From positions 9,306-73,305 of the forward strand of contig CALJUZ010000064.1 in assembly GCA_937975235.1 (NCBI GenBank): a stretch of DNA of 64,000 bases, in the 5' to 3' direction. The notes under the pieces are model-generated. The model saw only the letters and a program-made list of their open reading frames with translations. It made no database searches and was not told the origin of the DNA. The translations under genes were made by a program, and so were the position numbers. The stretch's first letter is position 1, and the number at the start of each line of letters is the position of its first letter. This DNA is from an uncultured Bacillota bacterium (GTDB lineage Bacteria > Bacillota > Limnochordia > Limnochordales > ZCTH02-B6). Shown in pieces: positions 8,413-17,789 of this stretch.

Positions 8413-9661
8413 GGACCGTCGCCTCCCGTTGTCCTTCTGCGACCCCGAGACCGAACTCGTCGTGCAGCGCCTGCACGACGCGCGGCACGTCCTCCGCCGG
8501 CACCAGGCACGCGATGCTGGCGTGGGAGTCGGCCGTAGCCAAAAGCTCCGTGCCGGCCGCGTCCAGCGCCCGCATGACCCGAGCCATGACGCCCGGCACG
8601 CCGTGCATCCCGGCGCCGACGACGGACACTTTCGCCAGCCCGTCGCGCACGGTGTAGCGCAGGCCCGCGGCCTCCAGCACCCCCTCGGTCTTCCGCCGGT
8701 CGGCGGCCGCGACGATGAAGCCGACGCCCGCATCGGACACGTCGATCATGTCCACGCTGACCCTCCGGGCGCCCAGGGCCTCGAACAGCGCCAGCGTGCG
8801 CGCGCCCGCGCCCCCCTCGTCCAGGGCCGGCAGGCGGAACCGGACCCGCCGCGGGACGTGGGCGACGCCGGTGACGACCCGGTCCAGCTCCAGCGCCGAG
8901 CCCCGGCCGGCGGCCCCGTCGGTCACCAGGGTGCCGGGCGAGGAGCCGTCCGCCGCCAGAATGCGCAGCGGGATGCGCCCTTCCATCGCGATCTCCACGG
9001 CCCGCGGGTGGACGACGTTGGCGCCCGAGTGGGCCAGCTCCGCGACCTCCCGGTACGCCACCCGCTTCAGCAGCACCGCGTCCGGCACCAGGCGCGGATC
9101 CGCGGTGAACACCCCCGGCACGTCCTTGAAAATGTCTATGCGCTCGGCGCCGAGGGCCACGCCCAGCACGGCGGCCGTCGTGTCGCTGCCGCCGCGGCCC
9201 AGGGTGGTGACGTGGCCGTCTTCGGTCACGCCCTGGAATCCCGCGACGACGGCCACCCGCCCTTTCCGCAAGTGGGCCAGCACCGGCTCGGGCTCGGCCC
9301 GCAGCACGCGCGCGCTCCCGAAATTGTCGTCGGTAATGATGCCCGCCTCGCGGCCGGTCAGCGCCGCCGCGGGCACGCCTTCGGCCCGCAGAGTGTGGGC
9401 CAGCACGACGCAGGCGATGATCTCCCCGCAGGCGGCCAGCAGATCCCGCTCCCGCGGGTCCGCCTCGGCGCCGCCGTCATCGCCCAGCAAGCCCAGCAGC
9501 GTGTCCGTCGCGTACGGATCCCCCGCCCGGCCCATGGCCGACACCACGGCCACCACGTGCAGCCCTTCCGCCAGCGCCTCGCGAATGCGCGCCGTGACGT
9601 TTCGCCGAGCCGCCGGCGTCACCACCGACGTTCCGCCGAACTTTTGCACGACGATGCGCAC
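8399..9661 (-). CDS. dapG: aspartate kinase (DapG-type)
   Basis: MRIVVQKFGGTSV...VVSAMG...TTLGRGGSDTTA plus C-terminal ACT domains. 14-nt overlap with dapA. Confidence 0.95.
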   Translation of the reverse strand: MRIVVQKFGGTSVVTPAARRNVTARIREALAEGLHVVAVVSAMGRAGDPYATDTLLGLLGDDGGAEADPRERDLLAACGEIIACVVLAHTLRAEGVPAAALTGREAGIITDDNFGSARVLRAEPEPVLAHLRKGRVAVVAGFQGVTEDGHVTTLGRGGSDTTAAVLGVALGAERIDIFKDVPGVFTADPRLVPDAVLLKRVAYREVAELAHSGANVVHPRAVEIAMEGRIPLRILAADGSSPGTLVTDGAAGRGSALELDRVVTGVAHVPRRVRFRLPALDEGGAGARTLALFEALGARRVSVDMIDVSDAGVGFIVAAADRRKTEGVLEAAGLRYTVRDGLAKVSVVGAGMHGVPGVMARVMRALDAAGTELLATADSHASIACLVPAEDVPRVVQALHDEFGLGVAEGQREATVHEAG

Positions 9662-9698
9662 GGCCCCACCTCCCGCCGGGCTTTTCCCCCGTTGGTCC

Positions 9699-10736
9699 TC
9701 ACCGCGGCCGGCCGCGCTCCGCCAGCAGCTCCGCGATCTGAAGCGCGTTCAGCGCGGCGCCTTTGCGAATCTGATCGCCCACGACCCACAAGTTCAGTCC
9801 GCGCTCGATGGAAGGATCTTTCCGGATGCGGCCCACGAATACCTCGTCCTTGCCCGACGCGTCCAGCGGCATCGGATAGCGCTGCGCCTCGGGCTCGTCC
9901 ACCACGGCGACGCCCGGCGCCGCGGCCAAAAGCTCCCGCGCCCGCTCGGGCGTCAGGGGCGCGCGGGTTTGCACGTTGATGCTTTCCGCGTGGCTGCGCA
10001 GCACCGGCACCCGCACCGTCGTCGCGCTGACGCCGACCGTGTCGTCGTCCCACACTTTGCGGGTTTCCCGCACCATTTTCCACTCTTCTTTGGTGTAGCC
10101 GTCGTCGTCGAAGACGTCCACTTGCGGGATGACGTTGAACAAAATCGGGTAATGCCTGGGCTGCCCGGCCACGGGCAGCCGCCGGGCCGTCAGGGGCTTT
10201 CCGGACTGATAGTCCTCCACTTGCCGCAGCAGCTCCTGCATGGCCGCCGCGCCCGCCCCCGACACCGCCTGGTACGTCGACACGACGATGCGCTCGATGC
10301 CGGCCTCCCGGTACAGCGGGTTCAAGGCCACCAGCATAATGATGGTGGAGCAGTTCGGGTTGGCAATGACACCGTGGTGACGCAGCGCGGCGTCCGGGTT
10401 GACCTCCGGCACCACCAGAGGCACGTCCGGATCCAGGCGGAAGGCGCTGGTGTTGTCGATGACGACCGCGCCGGCCTCCACCGCCGCCCGCACCCACTGC
10501 CGGCTGACCGAGCCGCCGGCGCTGAAAAAGGCCACGTCGACGCCCCGGAAGGCCTCCTCGGACACGGCCTGCACGACCACGTCTTCTTCGCCGAAGCGGA
10601 CGGTTTTGCCGGCGCTGCGCGGCGAGGCCAAAAGCCGCAGTTCTCCCACGGGAAAGTTCCGCTCGCGCAAAAGCTGCAGCAGTTCGGCGCCGACGGCTCC
10701 CGTCGCGCCCAGGACCGCGATGTTGAGCAGTTTCAC
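9699..10736 (-). CDS. asd: aspartate-semialdehyde dehydrogenase
   Basis: 345 aa: NIAVLGATGAVG...IANPNCSTI...STYQAVSGAG. Confidence 0.95.
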   Translation of the reverse strand: MKLLNIAVLGATGAVGAELLQLLRERNFPVGELRLLASPRSAGKTVRFGEEDVVVQAVSEEAFRGVDVAFFSAGGSVSRQWVRAAVEAGAVVIDNTSAFRLDPDVPLVVPEVNPDAALRHHGVIANPNCSTIIMLVALNPLYREAGIERIVVSTYQAVSGAGAAAMQELLRQVEDYQSGKPLTARRLPVAGQPRHYPILFNVIPQVDVFDDDGYTKEEWKMVRETRKVWDDDTVGVSATTVRVPVLRSHAESINVQTRAPLTPERARELLAAAPGVAVVDEPEAQRYPMPLDASGKDEVFVGRIRKDPSIERGLNLWVVGDQIRKGAALNALQIAELLAERGRPR

Positions 10737-10776
10737 GTCGCTTCCTCCAATGCCGGCCGCGGCCGGCGCGGCCCCG

Positions 10777-11415
10777 TTACCGCACGGGCCGCAGATTTCG
10801 CTGGATCAGCATGGGCTGGAGCTGCCGTCCCTCCAGCGCCGCGGCCACCGTATCCACGATGAGGCGAAACTCCGCGACGCACGAGGTCGGCTTCTCGTCC
10901 GGGTTGTCCTGGCCGAAGGGCACGAAATAAATGTGCTTTCGCATCAAGAGCAAGGCCAGGTTCATCGCGTTGCCGCCCAAAATGTCGTTGCTGGACACGG
11001 CGACCACGACGGGCCGCTGGTTGCGCAGCGTCCCTTTGGCCGCCATCAGCACGGGCCCGTCCGTAAACGCGTTGGCCAGCCGGGCCAGCGTGTTGCCCGT
11101 GCACGGCGCGATGACGAACGCGTCAAACGTCTTTTTCTGGCCCGTCGGCTCCGCGTCCACGATGGAGTCGATGGGCTCATGTCCCGTCAGCTCCGTCAGC
11201 CGCTCCCGCAGCGTCCGGGCCGCGGTGAAGCGGGTGTCGGTGGTGCGCACCGTTTCCGATACGACCGGCACCACCGCGGCTCCTTCGTCGCGCAGGCGCG
11301 CAATTTCCGGCAGCACTTCATCGTAGCTGCAATGGCTTCCCGAAATGCCGATTCCGATGGTTTTGCCGCGCAGCCGCACGGTGCATCGCCCCGATCCCTC
11401 TGCGGTTTCGTACAC
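10777..11415 (-). CDS. dpaB: dipicolinate synthase subunit B (flavoprotein)
   Basis: GKTIGIGISGSHCSY...VIAPCTGNTLARLANAFTDGPVLMAAKGTLRNQRPVVVAVSSND. The start may be the internal GTG at 11379 (MRLRGKTIG...), which fits the B. subtilis SpoVFB N terminus better. Confidence 0.9.
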   Translation of the reverse strand: MYETAEGSGRCTVRLRGKTIGIGISGSHCSYDEVLPEIARLRDEGAAVVPVVSETVRTTDTRFTAARTLRERLTELTGHEPIDSIVDAEPTGQKKTFDAFVIAPCTGNTLARLANAFTDGPVLMAAKGTLRNQRPVVVAVSSNDILGGNAMNLALLLMRKHIYFVPFGQDNPDEKPTSCVAEFRLIVDTVAAALEGRQLQPMLIQRNLRPVR

Positions 11416-11427
11416 GGGACGGGGACG

Positions 11428-12318
11428 TCAAAGCCGCTCCAGCTCGGCCCGGATCAGGGCGGGCAAATACGCCGCCAGAATCCGGCCCGCGGTGACCGGC
11501 GCCGTCTTTCCCGGGAGGCCCCGGGCCAGCATCGCCGTGCGGCCCAGCCGGCGGGCCGCCTCGAAGTTGGTGCCGCCCGGCGGGGACGCGATGTCGACGA
11601 TGAGCACGTCCTCGCGCGTCGCCGCCAGCACCGCGGCCGTCAGCACCACCGCCGGCACCGTGTTGAAGATGACGTGCCGGTCCGCCACGGCCTCGGCCAG
11701 CTTCGACCACGGCCAGGGCGTCAGGCCCATCGCGGCGATTCTCGCCCGGTCCGCCGCGCGGCGGGCGACGACGCCCACGTCCGCGCCCATGGCGTCCAGC
11801 AAACGGGCCAGCGTGGTGCCGCAGCGCCCGAAGCCCAAAACCAGGGCTTTGGACCCGTGGATGGTGACGGGCAGCCTTTCCATCGCGAGCCGGACCGCGC
11901 CCTCGGCCGTGGGCACCGAGTTGGCGACGGCGATCTCGTCCACCGACGCCAGCTCCACCACCCGCACGCCGCGGGCCGCCGCCGCGGCGGCCAAGGCCGG
12001 TGGCAGCGCGCCGATGAAGAGCGGCCGTTTGGGCCCGATGGCCGACAGCAGGCGCCCGTCCAGCCGAATCCGCGTGTCCGGATCCAGCGGCGTCGGCAGC
12101 CGGCCTTGCCCGTCGGCGCCGCTCATGGGCGCGATGACCGCCCGCGCCATTTCCACCGCGGCCGCCGGGTCCGACAGCCGCTCGGCCGGCACGCCGTCCG
12201 TCGGCAATCCTACCACGCGCAGGCGGGCGCCACCTGCCGCCAGGGCGCGCATGAGCTCCACTTCGCGCTGGTCGCCGCCCAGCAGCGCCAAGGGACATCC
12301 GTCCAGCAGGGAAGCCAC
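11428..12318 (-). CDS. dpaA: dipicolinate synthase subunit A
   Basis: 296 aa NAD-binding dehydrogenase-like protein immediately upstream of dpaB (VLGFGRCGTTLARLLDAMGADVGVVARR). GTG start. Confidence 0.9.
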   Translation of the reverse strand: MASLLDGCPLALLGGDQREVELMRALAAGGARLRVVGLPTDGVPAERLSDPAAAVEMARAVIAPMSGADGQGRLPTPLDPDTRIRLDGRLLSAIGPKRPLFIGALPPALAAAAAARGVRVVELASVDEIAVANSVPTAEGAVRLAMERLPVTIHGSKALVLGFGRCGTTLARLLDAMGADVGVVARRAADRARIAAMGLTPWPWSKLAEAVADRHVIFNTVPAVVLTAAVLAATREDVLIVDIASPPGGTNFEAARRLGRTAMLARGLPGKTAPVTAGRILAAYLPALIRAELERL

Positions 12319-12375
12319 CCCCGTTGCGGCTCTGCGCCGAGCCGGACCGTTTCCGCCGCATCCCGCGTACGGAGG

Positions 12376-12403
12376 CAGTATATGATCCGGCCGGGGGCGG
12401 CGT
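12376..12403 (-). promoter_or_regulatory. candidate sigma-K type promoter for dpaA-dpaB
   Basis: Minus strand reads AC - 17 nt - CATATACTG, close to the AC / CATAnnnTA consensus as I recall it. Lies about 60 nt upstream of the dpaA GTG. spoVF is sigma-K dependent in B. subtilis. Confidence 0.3.
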
Positions 12404-12437
12404 GAGCCGGCGGCGGCCGCCGGCGCGGCGCCGGCCG

Positions 12438-13184
12438 TCAGCCCTCGGGAAAAAGCAAATCTTCCAGGCGGTGCACGCCCCGCAGCCCGCCGACGCGGCG
12501 CACCGCCAGCAGCACGCCCGGCATGAACGCCCTCCGGTCCACCGTGTCGTGGCGAATGCGAAGCGCTTCGCCGTCGGACCCGAAAATAACCTCCTGGTGG
12601 GCTACATGGCCCGGCAGCCGCACGCTGTGGATGCGCACGCCCGCGTGCAGCCCGCCTCGGGCGCCCGGCGCCAGCTCCAGCCGGTTTTCCGAGGACACGG
12701 ACGCGGCGGGCCGCACCGTGGCGATGGCTTCCGCGGTGCGCATCGCGGTGCCCGAAGGCGCATCGTGCTTCCCTTCATGATGAAACTCGACGATTTCTGC
12801 GTGAGGAAACCAGCGGGCCGCCTCGCGGGCGAACCGCGCCATAAGCACCGCACCCAGCGAGAAATTCGGCTCGATGACGAGACCCACGCCGCGGCGCCGG
12901 GCTTCCTCGTCCACCTGCCCCACGTCGTCCGCCGTCAGGCCCGTCGTACCCACGACCATGGGAATGCCCGCGGCCAGCCCGATGCGGATGTGGTCCAGCA
13001 CCGCCTCGGGCACGGTGAAGTCCACCAGTACCGTGGGCCGGACCCGTTCGATGACGGCGGCCAGGTCGTCGCTTCGGCCGGCGCCGCCGACAAACTCCAT
13101 GTCGTCCGCCGCGGAAACCGCCTCCACCACGGCTCGTCCCATGCGTCCGGAGGCGCCCGCCACCACTACGCGATGCTTTGTCAT
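12438..13184 (-). CDS. dapB: 4-hydroxy-tetrahydrodipicolinate reductase
   Basis: From ATG 13184: MTKHRVVVAGASGRMGRAV...VVGTTGL...EIVEFHHEGKHDAPSGTA. Confidence 0.95.
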   Translation of the reverse strand: MTKHRVVVAGASGRMGRAVVEAVSAADDMEFVGGAGRSDDLAAVIERVRPTVLVDFTVPEAVLDHIRIGLAAGIPMVVGTTGLTADDVGQVDEEARRRGVGLVIEPNFSLGAVLMARFAREAARWFPHAEIVEFHHEGKHDAPSGTAMRTAEAIATVRPAASVSSENRLELAPGARGGLHAGVRIHSVRLPGHVAHQEVIFGSDGEALRIRHDTVDRRAFMPGVLLAVRRVGGLRGVHRLEDLLFPEG

Positions 13185-13308
13185 CGCCTTGCGCCCCATT
13201 TCACCGGCCCGCCGGCCGTCGGCTCCGCCGGTGCGCGGCCTCGGCACGCCGGTTCGGCGCGTTCCGTCCGCGCTCCTGGTTTGACAATTTCCGGCAGGGT
13301 CGGCAAAC

Positions 13309-13357
13309 AACGCAAGGCGGTTAGCCTCATGCGCGGCCAACCGCCTGACCTTGCGTT
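13309..13357 (-). terminator. hairpin downstream of the stress-protein gene (weak terminator or dapB leader element)
   Basis: Minus strand reads AACGCAAGG..GCGGTT-(16 nt loop)-AACCGC-CTTGCGTT followed by GTTTGCC. The U-tract is weak, so function is uncertain. Confidence 0.3.
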
Positions 13358-13399
13358 CATTGTGCTACAGCCCGCGTCCGATGTCAAGCCGGAAGGGGT

Positions 13400-13885
13400 T
13401 TACCGGCCGCCGTGGGTTTCCACCTCGTCGGCGCCCGCCTCGTTCATCAGGCGCGCGGCTTCCTCTGCCCGTTCGTCGTCGGCTTCGACGATGCACAATA
13501 TGCGCCCCTGCTTCACGTCCTCCTCGTACTGCCGGCCCCGGTCCTCGGGAATGCCGAGGTCCAACAGGCCGCCGCCGATGCCGCCGGCGACGGCCCCGGA
13601 CAGCGTGGCCGCGATGGGACCGGCCGCCAGGATGGGCCCGACGCCCGGAATGGCCAGGGCGCCCACGCCCGCCATCAAGCCGCCCAAAGCCCCGATGCCG
13701 CTGCCCCAGGCGGCGCCGTCGGCGATGTTGTCCATCCCCATGCCCCCGCCGCCGCCTCCGCCGTCGCGGTCGTCTCTGGCGACGATGGAGATTTCGTCGT
13801 CGGTGAAGCCTTCCTCGTGCAGCGCCTCCACCGCCTGCTCGGCCTCACGGCCCGAGCTGAAAACGCCGATGGTCGTGGCCACCAC
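13400..13885 (-). CDS. general stress protein, YflT/GSP17M-like with Gly-rich membrane segment
   Basis: N terminus TTIGVFSSGREAEQAVEALHEEGFTDDEISIVARDD is typical of the 17M-like domain, followed by a Gly/Ala-rich hydrophobic stretch. GTG start preceded by GAGGGGGA. Confidence 0.6.
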   Translation of the reverse strand: MVATTIGVFSSGREAEQAVEALHEEGFTDDEISIVARDDRDGGGGGGGMGMDNIADGAAWGSGIGALGGLMAGVGALAIPGVGPILAAGPIAATLSGAVAGGIGGGLLDLGIPEDRGRQYEEDVKQGRILCIVEADDERAEEAARLMNEAGADEVETHGGR

Positions 13886-14219
13886 GTGATCCCCCTCGAG
13901 ACGAGTATTTGGAGTCCCGCGTAGTATCCCCGACCGCTGCGGCGCTATGCAGCGCGGTCCGGTCCGCCGCCCGGACCGCCTCCCGGTCCACCGCCGTGCT
14001 GAGATCCACGATAATCAGATCCACGCCGATTTTGCGGATGCCGTGCCAAGGGATCTCCAGCTCCCGCCGGCTCCAAAACCCGCCCCGGGCCGGAATGACG
14101 ATGGCCGCCACCCGCCCCTCGGCCGTGTCGATGATGAGATCGGTGTCGTTGACGACGCCGAGGCGAATGCCCTGGTCGATGTCGATAATTTCCTTGCCCG
14201 CCAGGTCGCTGTAGCGCAC
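13845..14219 (-). CDS. ylmC: YlmC/YmxH family sporulation protein (PRC-barrel)
   Basis: MRYSDLAGKEIIDIDQGIRLGVVNDTDLIIDTAEGRVAAIVIP...EIPWHGIRKIGVDLIIVD is the canonical YlmC/YmxH pattern. The tail overlaps the next gene by 41 nt. Confidence 0.85.
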   Translation of the reverse strand: MRYSDLAGKEIIDIDQGIRLGVVNDTDLIIDTAEGRVAAIVIPARGGFWSRRELEIPWHGIRKIGVDLIIVDLSTAVDREAVRAADRTALHSAAAVGDTTRDSKYSSRGGSRGGHDHRRFQLGP

Positions 14220-14337
14220 GGGCCCACGGCTCCTCCCCGGCGGAAGCGGCCGTGCGCGCCGCCTTTCCGCGCCCGTCAGTGTCCCTTATCCAGCGTATGC
14301 GCCGGGGCCCGGCCTAGAAGTCCGGAAGTCCCCGCGC

Positions 14338-15741
14338 CTAGAAGACGACGCGCACGCCCGCGGCCCAACCCGGAGGCCGGTTCCAGCCCACGTCCAGGCG
14401 GCCCTGATCCGGCTCCATCCACTGCAGCCACACCTGACCGAAACCGGGCACGTCGCGGGTGATCGACGCGTGGAACCAGCTGACGACGCCGCGATCCGAG
14501 TACGTGCGCTGCTTGACCACCAAGGCCGCGCTCCACGGGGCGTCGGGCGTCCACCGCCACTCCAGGCGCCAGCCGGGCAGCCGATCGTCCGCGGACAGCC
14601 GCACCCGCCACGCGCCGTCGTCCCACGTCATGGACGCGCGCCGCCTGGGCACGCCGCCGGCCGGGACGGTCAGCGAAAGGGATTGCTCGAAGCGGCGGTC
14701 CGGATTCGTCAAGGTGAACGTGACGCCGTGCTCGGCAGCCGCGCCGTCCACCCAGGCCGTCTCCGCATCCACCCGCCAGCCCCAGCGGCCCCAGGACATG
14801 GAGGAAAATCCGGCCTCCAGCACCGCGTAGTCCGGGGCGTTCACGGGCAGCCGGCGCTGGGCGTAGACGCTCAGCAAGCGGCCGGTGGCCGGCCGCCACT
14901 GCCAGCGGCCTTCCGCCGCCGCGGCGCCCCGGCGAAACGGGTAGTCTGACGCGGCCAGCGACCGGAAGCCCGGCGACGTGTCGTGCAGCAGCAGCCAGAC
15001 GCGGTGACGGCCGAAGGACGTCTCCGTCCGCACGAAGGCGGCCCGCTCGCTGACCTGGCTGAAGCCGGACGCCCCCGAAACTTCGACGCCCGTCTGCCGG
15101 GCCGCTCCCCAGCGCCACCGCCACCGGCCCGCGGACCACTCGCCGTCCAAGGCGACGAACTCATGCCTCAGGCGGCTCGTTCCGTACGCCAGGGCCGTCA
15201 GCCGCACGGCGGGCTCGAAGGGAGCCTGAACCTGTCCGTACAGCAGCGGTCCGCTCGCACCCCGCAGCGGCACCGCGCTGACGTACTGAACCACGGCCGG
15301 AACGGGACCGTCCCAGCCCGCGGCCACCGCGGCCGAAGTCGGAGCGTGCACCGACCCGTGGACGAGCCGGAACGGGTCGTCCGACGAGCGGTGCCTTTCA
15401 TGAAGGTACACGTTCAGTGAGAAGGAAGCGCGCGTCAGCGACACCACCGCGCCCCAGGAGGACGGCCCGCCTTGGGGCAGCGTGTGCCGCAGCGAGACCG
15501 AACCGGCGCCCGGCACGCCGTGCGCTTCGGAAAGGTCTGCAGAATGTCCGCCCGCGGACGGGGCGGTTTTCTCTAGAAAGAGGAAAAGCGGCAAATGCAG
15601 CCGCTGCTCGACGGCGGCGGCCCAATCGTCCGTCCGGACGGACACGCTGGCTTCATACTCCGCCTGCTGCGCGAGGGCCGCCGACGCCCACGCCGCGACG
15701 ATGACCAGCGGGCCGACGACGCCCGCGAGAAACCGGCGCAC
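14338..15741 (-). CDS. secreted hypothetical protein with beta-barrel-like C terminus
   Basis: Start set at GTG 15741, 6 nt after GGAGAGGTG, giving the signal peptide MRRFLAGVVGPLVIVAAWASAALA|QQ. The mature part is Trp/Arg/Ser-rich with alternating hydrophobicity and ends ...GWAAGVRVVF. I recognise no family. Confidence 0.7.
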   Translation of the reverse strand: MRRFLAGVVGPLVIVAAWASAALAQQAEYEASVSVRTDDWAAAVEQRLHLPLFLFLEKTAPSAGGHSADLSEAHGVPGAGSVSLRHTLPQGGPSSWGAVVSLTRASFSLNVYLHERHRSSDDPFRLVHGSVHAPTSAAVAAGWDGPVPAVVQYVSAVPLRGASGPLLYGQVQAPFEPAVRLTALAYGTSRLRHEFVALDGEWSAGRWRWRWGAARQTGVEVSGASGFSQVSERAAFVRTETSFGRHRVWLLLHDTSPGFRSLAASDYPFRRGAAAAEGRWQWRPATGRLLSVYAQRRLPVNAPDYAVLEAGFSSMSWGRWGWRVDAETAWVDGAAAEHGVTFTLTNPDRRFEQSLSLTVPAGGVPRRRASMTWDDGAWRVRLSADDRLPGWRLEWRWTPDAPWSAALVVKQRTYSDRGVVSWFHASITRDVPGFGQVWLQWMEPDQGRLDVGWNRPPGWAAGVRVVF

Positions 15742-15813
15742 ACCCGTCACCTCTCCGGCCCAGGGGACGGTCGGCACGTGTGTCCACCATGCTAGCAAGG
15801 ACGCCGCCGCGTG

Positions 15814-16290
15814 TCAACGTCCGACGCCCGTGGAGCCGAACCCGCCTTCGCCCCGCTCCGACGGCGGCAGCTCGTCGGTCTCCTCCCACGTCACCGCCAC
15901 CACCGGCACCACCACCAGCTGCGCGACGCGGTCGCCGTCCCGGACGACGAAGGGCTCGCGGCCGCTGTTTTGCAGCGCGACTTTGATTTCGCCCCGGTAG
16001 TCGCTGTCAACGACCCCTACGCCGTTGGCCAGCGAGATGCCGTGGCGGGACGCGAGGCCGCTGCGGGCGAAGATGAGCGCAACCAGGTGCGGCCCGGGCA
16101 GGGCGATGGCGATGCCCGTCGGCACCAGGGCCCGCTGGCCCGGCAAAAGCTCCAGCGGCTCATCCAACGCCGCGGTCAGATCCATGCCCGCCGCGCCGGG
16201 CGTTTCGTAGGCCGGCAGCGGCCTTTCGCCCCCGCCCCGCAGGCGCTTGACTTTCACCGCGGCCGCAAGGCGCGCCAGCTGTGCCTTCAT
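15814..16290 (-). CDS. dut: dUTP diphosphatase
   Basis: AAGMDL...ARSGLASRHGISLANGVGVVDSDYRGEI...GDRVAQLV...RGEGGFGSTG. Confidence 0.95.
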   Translation of the reverse strand: MKAQLARLAAAVKVKRLRGGGERPLPAYETPGAAGMDLTAALDEPLELLPGQRALVPTGIAIALPGPHLVALIFARSGLASRHGISLANGVGVVDSDYRGEIKVALQNSGREPFVVRDGDRVAQLVVVPVVAVTWEETDELPPSERGEGGFGSTGVGR

Positions 16291-16291
16291 A

Positions 16292-17593
16292 TTAGCCCAT
16301 CGCCTCCCTGGCCGCCTCCCGCCGGCGCCCCGCCGCGGCCGCCCGGCGCACCGGCGCCGGCTTTTCCGCGGCCACGGGCCCCAGCATGACGACCGACAGC
16401 CGCTCGGGGGCGAACAGCTCGTCGGCCAGCGCCCGCACGTCCTGGACGGATACCCGCTCGATCCGGTCGATGAGCTCGCCCGGGCTCAGATACGGTTCCC
16501 GCCACAGCTCGGCGCCGGCCAGCCGCCCGACGCGGGTCGCGGTGTTTTCCAGCGCCAGCATCAGGCTGCCCTTCGCGTGTTCCCGGGCCCGGTCCACGTC
16601 TTCCTCCCGGATGCCGCCCGCGGCCATCTCGCCCAGCTCGCGCCCGATGACTTCCAGCACTTCTTCGACCCGCTCGGGCCGGGTGGCGGCGTAGACGCCG
16701 AAGACGCCCGTTTCGGTGTACGAGGCGACAAACGAATACGTCGAGTAAACGAGACCCCGGTTTTCACGCAGCTGCTGGAACAGGCGCGAGCTCAGGCCGC
16801 CGCCGACGATGGTGTCCAATAGGTGCATCGCGAAGCGCCGCGGGTCGGCCCGGCGCAGACCGGGCCCGCCGACGCAGACGTGAACCTGTTCCGTGTCCTT
16901 CTCCACCGCCACCCGCCCCGGGGTATACGCCAAGGGCCGCGTGACGCGCCGCGGCGGCTCGGGACCGCTCATGCCGCCGAACAGCCGCGCCGCTTCGTCC
17001 ACCAGCCGCCCGTGGTCCACGCTGCCCGCCGCGGCGATGACCAGGTTGGCGGGCGTGTAGTGCCGCCCCACGAAGCGGAGAATATCCTCCCTGGTATGCC
17101 CCGCCACGGACTCGCGCGTGCCCAGGATGGGACGGGCCAGCGGGTGCCCGGCGAAGACGTGGGCGTCGAACAGCTCGTGCACCAGGTCCTCGGGCATATC
17201 CTCGGCCATGCTGATTTCTTCGAGAACGACCTCTTTTTCGCGCGCGAGCTCCTCCTCGGCGAAGGTGGAGTTGATCAGCATGTCCGCCAGCAGATCCAGC
17301 GCCACGGGCATGTGTTCGTCCAGAACCCGGGCGTAGTACGCGGTGGCTTCCTTGGTCGTATACGCGTCCAGCATGCCGCCCGTCGCGTCAATGGTCTCGG
17401 CGATGACCCGGGCCGAACGCCGGGTGGTCCCTTTAAACATCATGTGTTCGATGAGATGCGCGAGACCGCCCTGCCCGGCGGTCTCGTCCCGTGAGCCCAC
17501 GGCCGCCCACACGCCGACGCTGACGGACCGAACGCCCGCGACACGGTCGCTCAGCACGCGAATCCCGTTGGGCAGGGTCGTCTTTTTCGGCAC
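16292..17593 (-). CDS. M16 family zinc peptidase (YmxG/MlpA-like)
   Basis: 433 aa with the inverted zinc motif HLIEHMMFKGT and typical M16 N- and C-domains. Confidence 0.9.
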   Translation of the reverse strand: MPKKTTLPNGIRVLSDRVAGVRSVSVGVWAAVGSRDETAGQGGLAHLIEHMMFKGTTRRSARVIAETIDATGGMLDAYTTKEATAYYARVLDEHMPVALDLLADMLINSTFAEEELAREKEVVLEEISMAEDMPEDLVHELFDAHVFAGHPLARPILGTRESVAGHTREDILRFVGRHYTPANLVIAAAGSVDHGRLVDEAARLFGGMSGPEPPRRVTRPLAYTPGRVAVEKDTEQVHVCVGGPGLRRADPRRFAMHLLDTIVGGGLSSRLFQQLRENRGLVYSTYSFVASYTETGVFGVYAATRPERVEEVLEVIGRELGEMAAGGIREEDVDRAREHAKGSLMLALENTATRVGRLAGAELWREPYLSPGELIDRIERVSVQDVRALADELFAPERLSVVMLGPVAAEKPAPVRRAAAAGRRREAAREAMG

Positions 17594-17789
17594 GGCTTCG
17601 CCCCCTATGCCACGTTCACCATCCCATTATAGCCGCCGGTCCGGGCGCGCCGCAACGAGGGGCCGGAAATGCTTGCCCGCCGGCGGAGAGTCCTGCCTCC
17701 GGAGCCGGATGTTGACGAAAGGAGGCCCGGCCAGCGGCTAGAAGGCTTGAGGGAACGCCTATCGCTTCTAGCTATTACGGGAGGATTCC

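Noticed and set aside
13185-13399. Possible lysine (L-box) riboswitch or TTGACA-17-CACAAT promoter in the 215-nt region upstream of dapB.
   Set aside because: I could not find the conserved L-box core elements. The single long hairpin begins 2 nt after the putative -10, so it is more simply a weak terminator of the upstream stress gene. The promoter call is therefore left out of the feature list.
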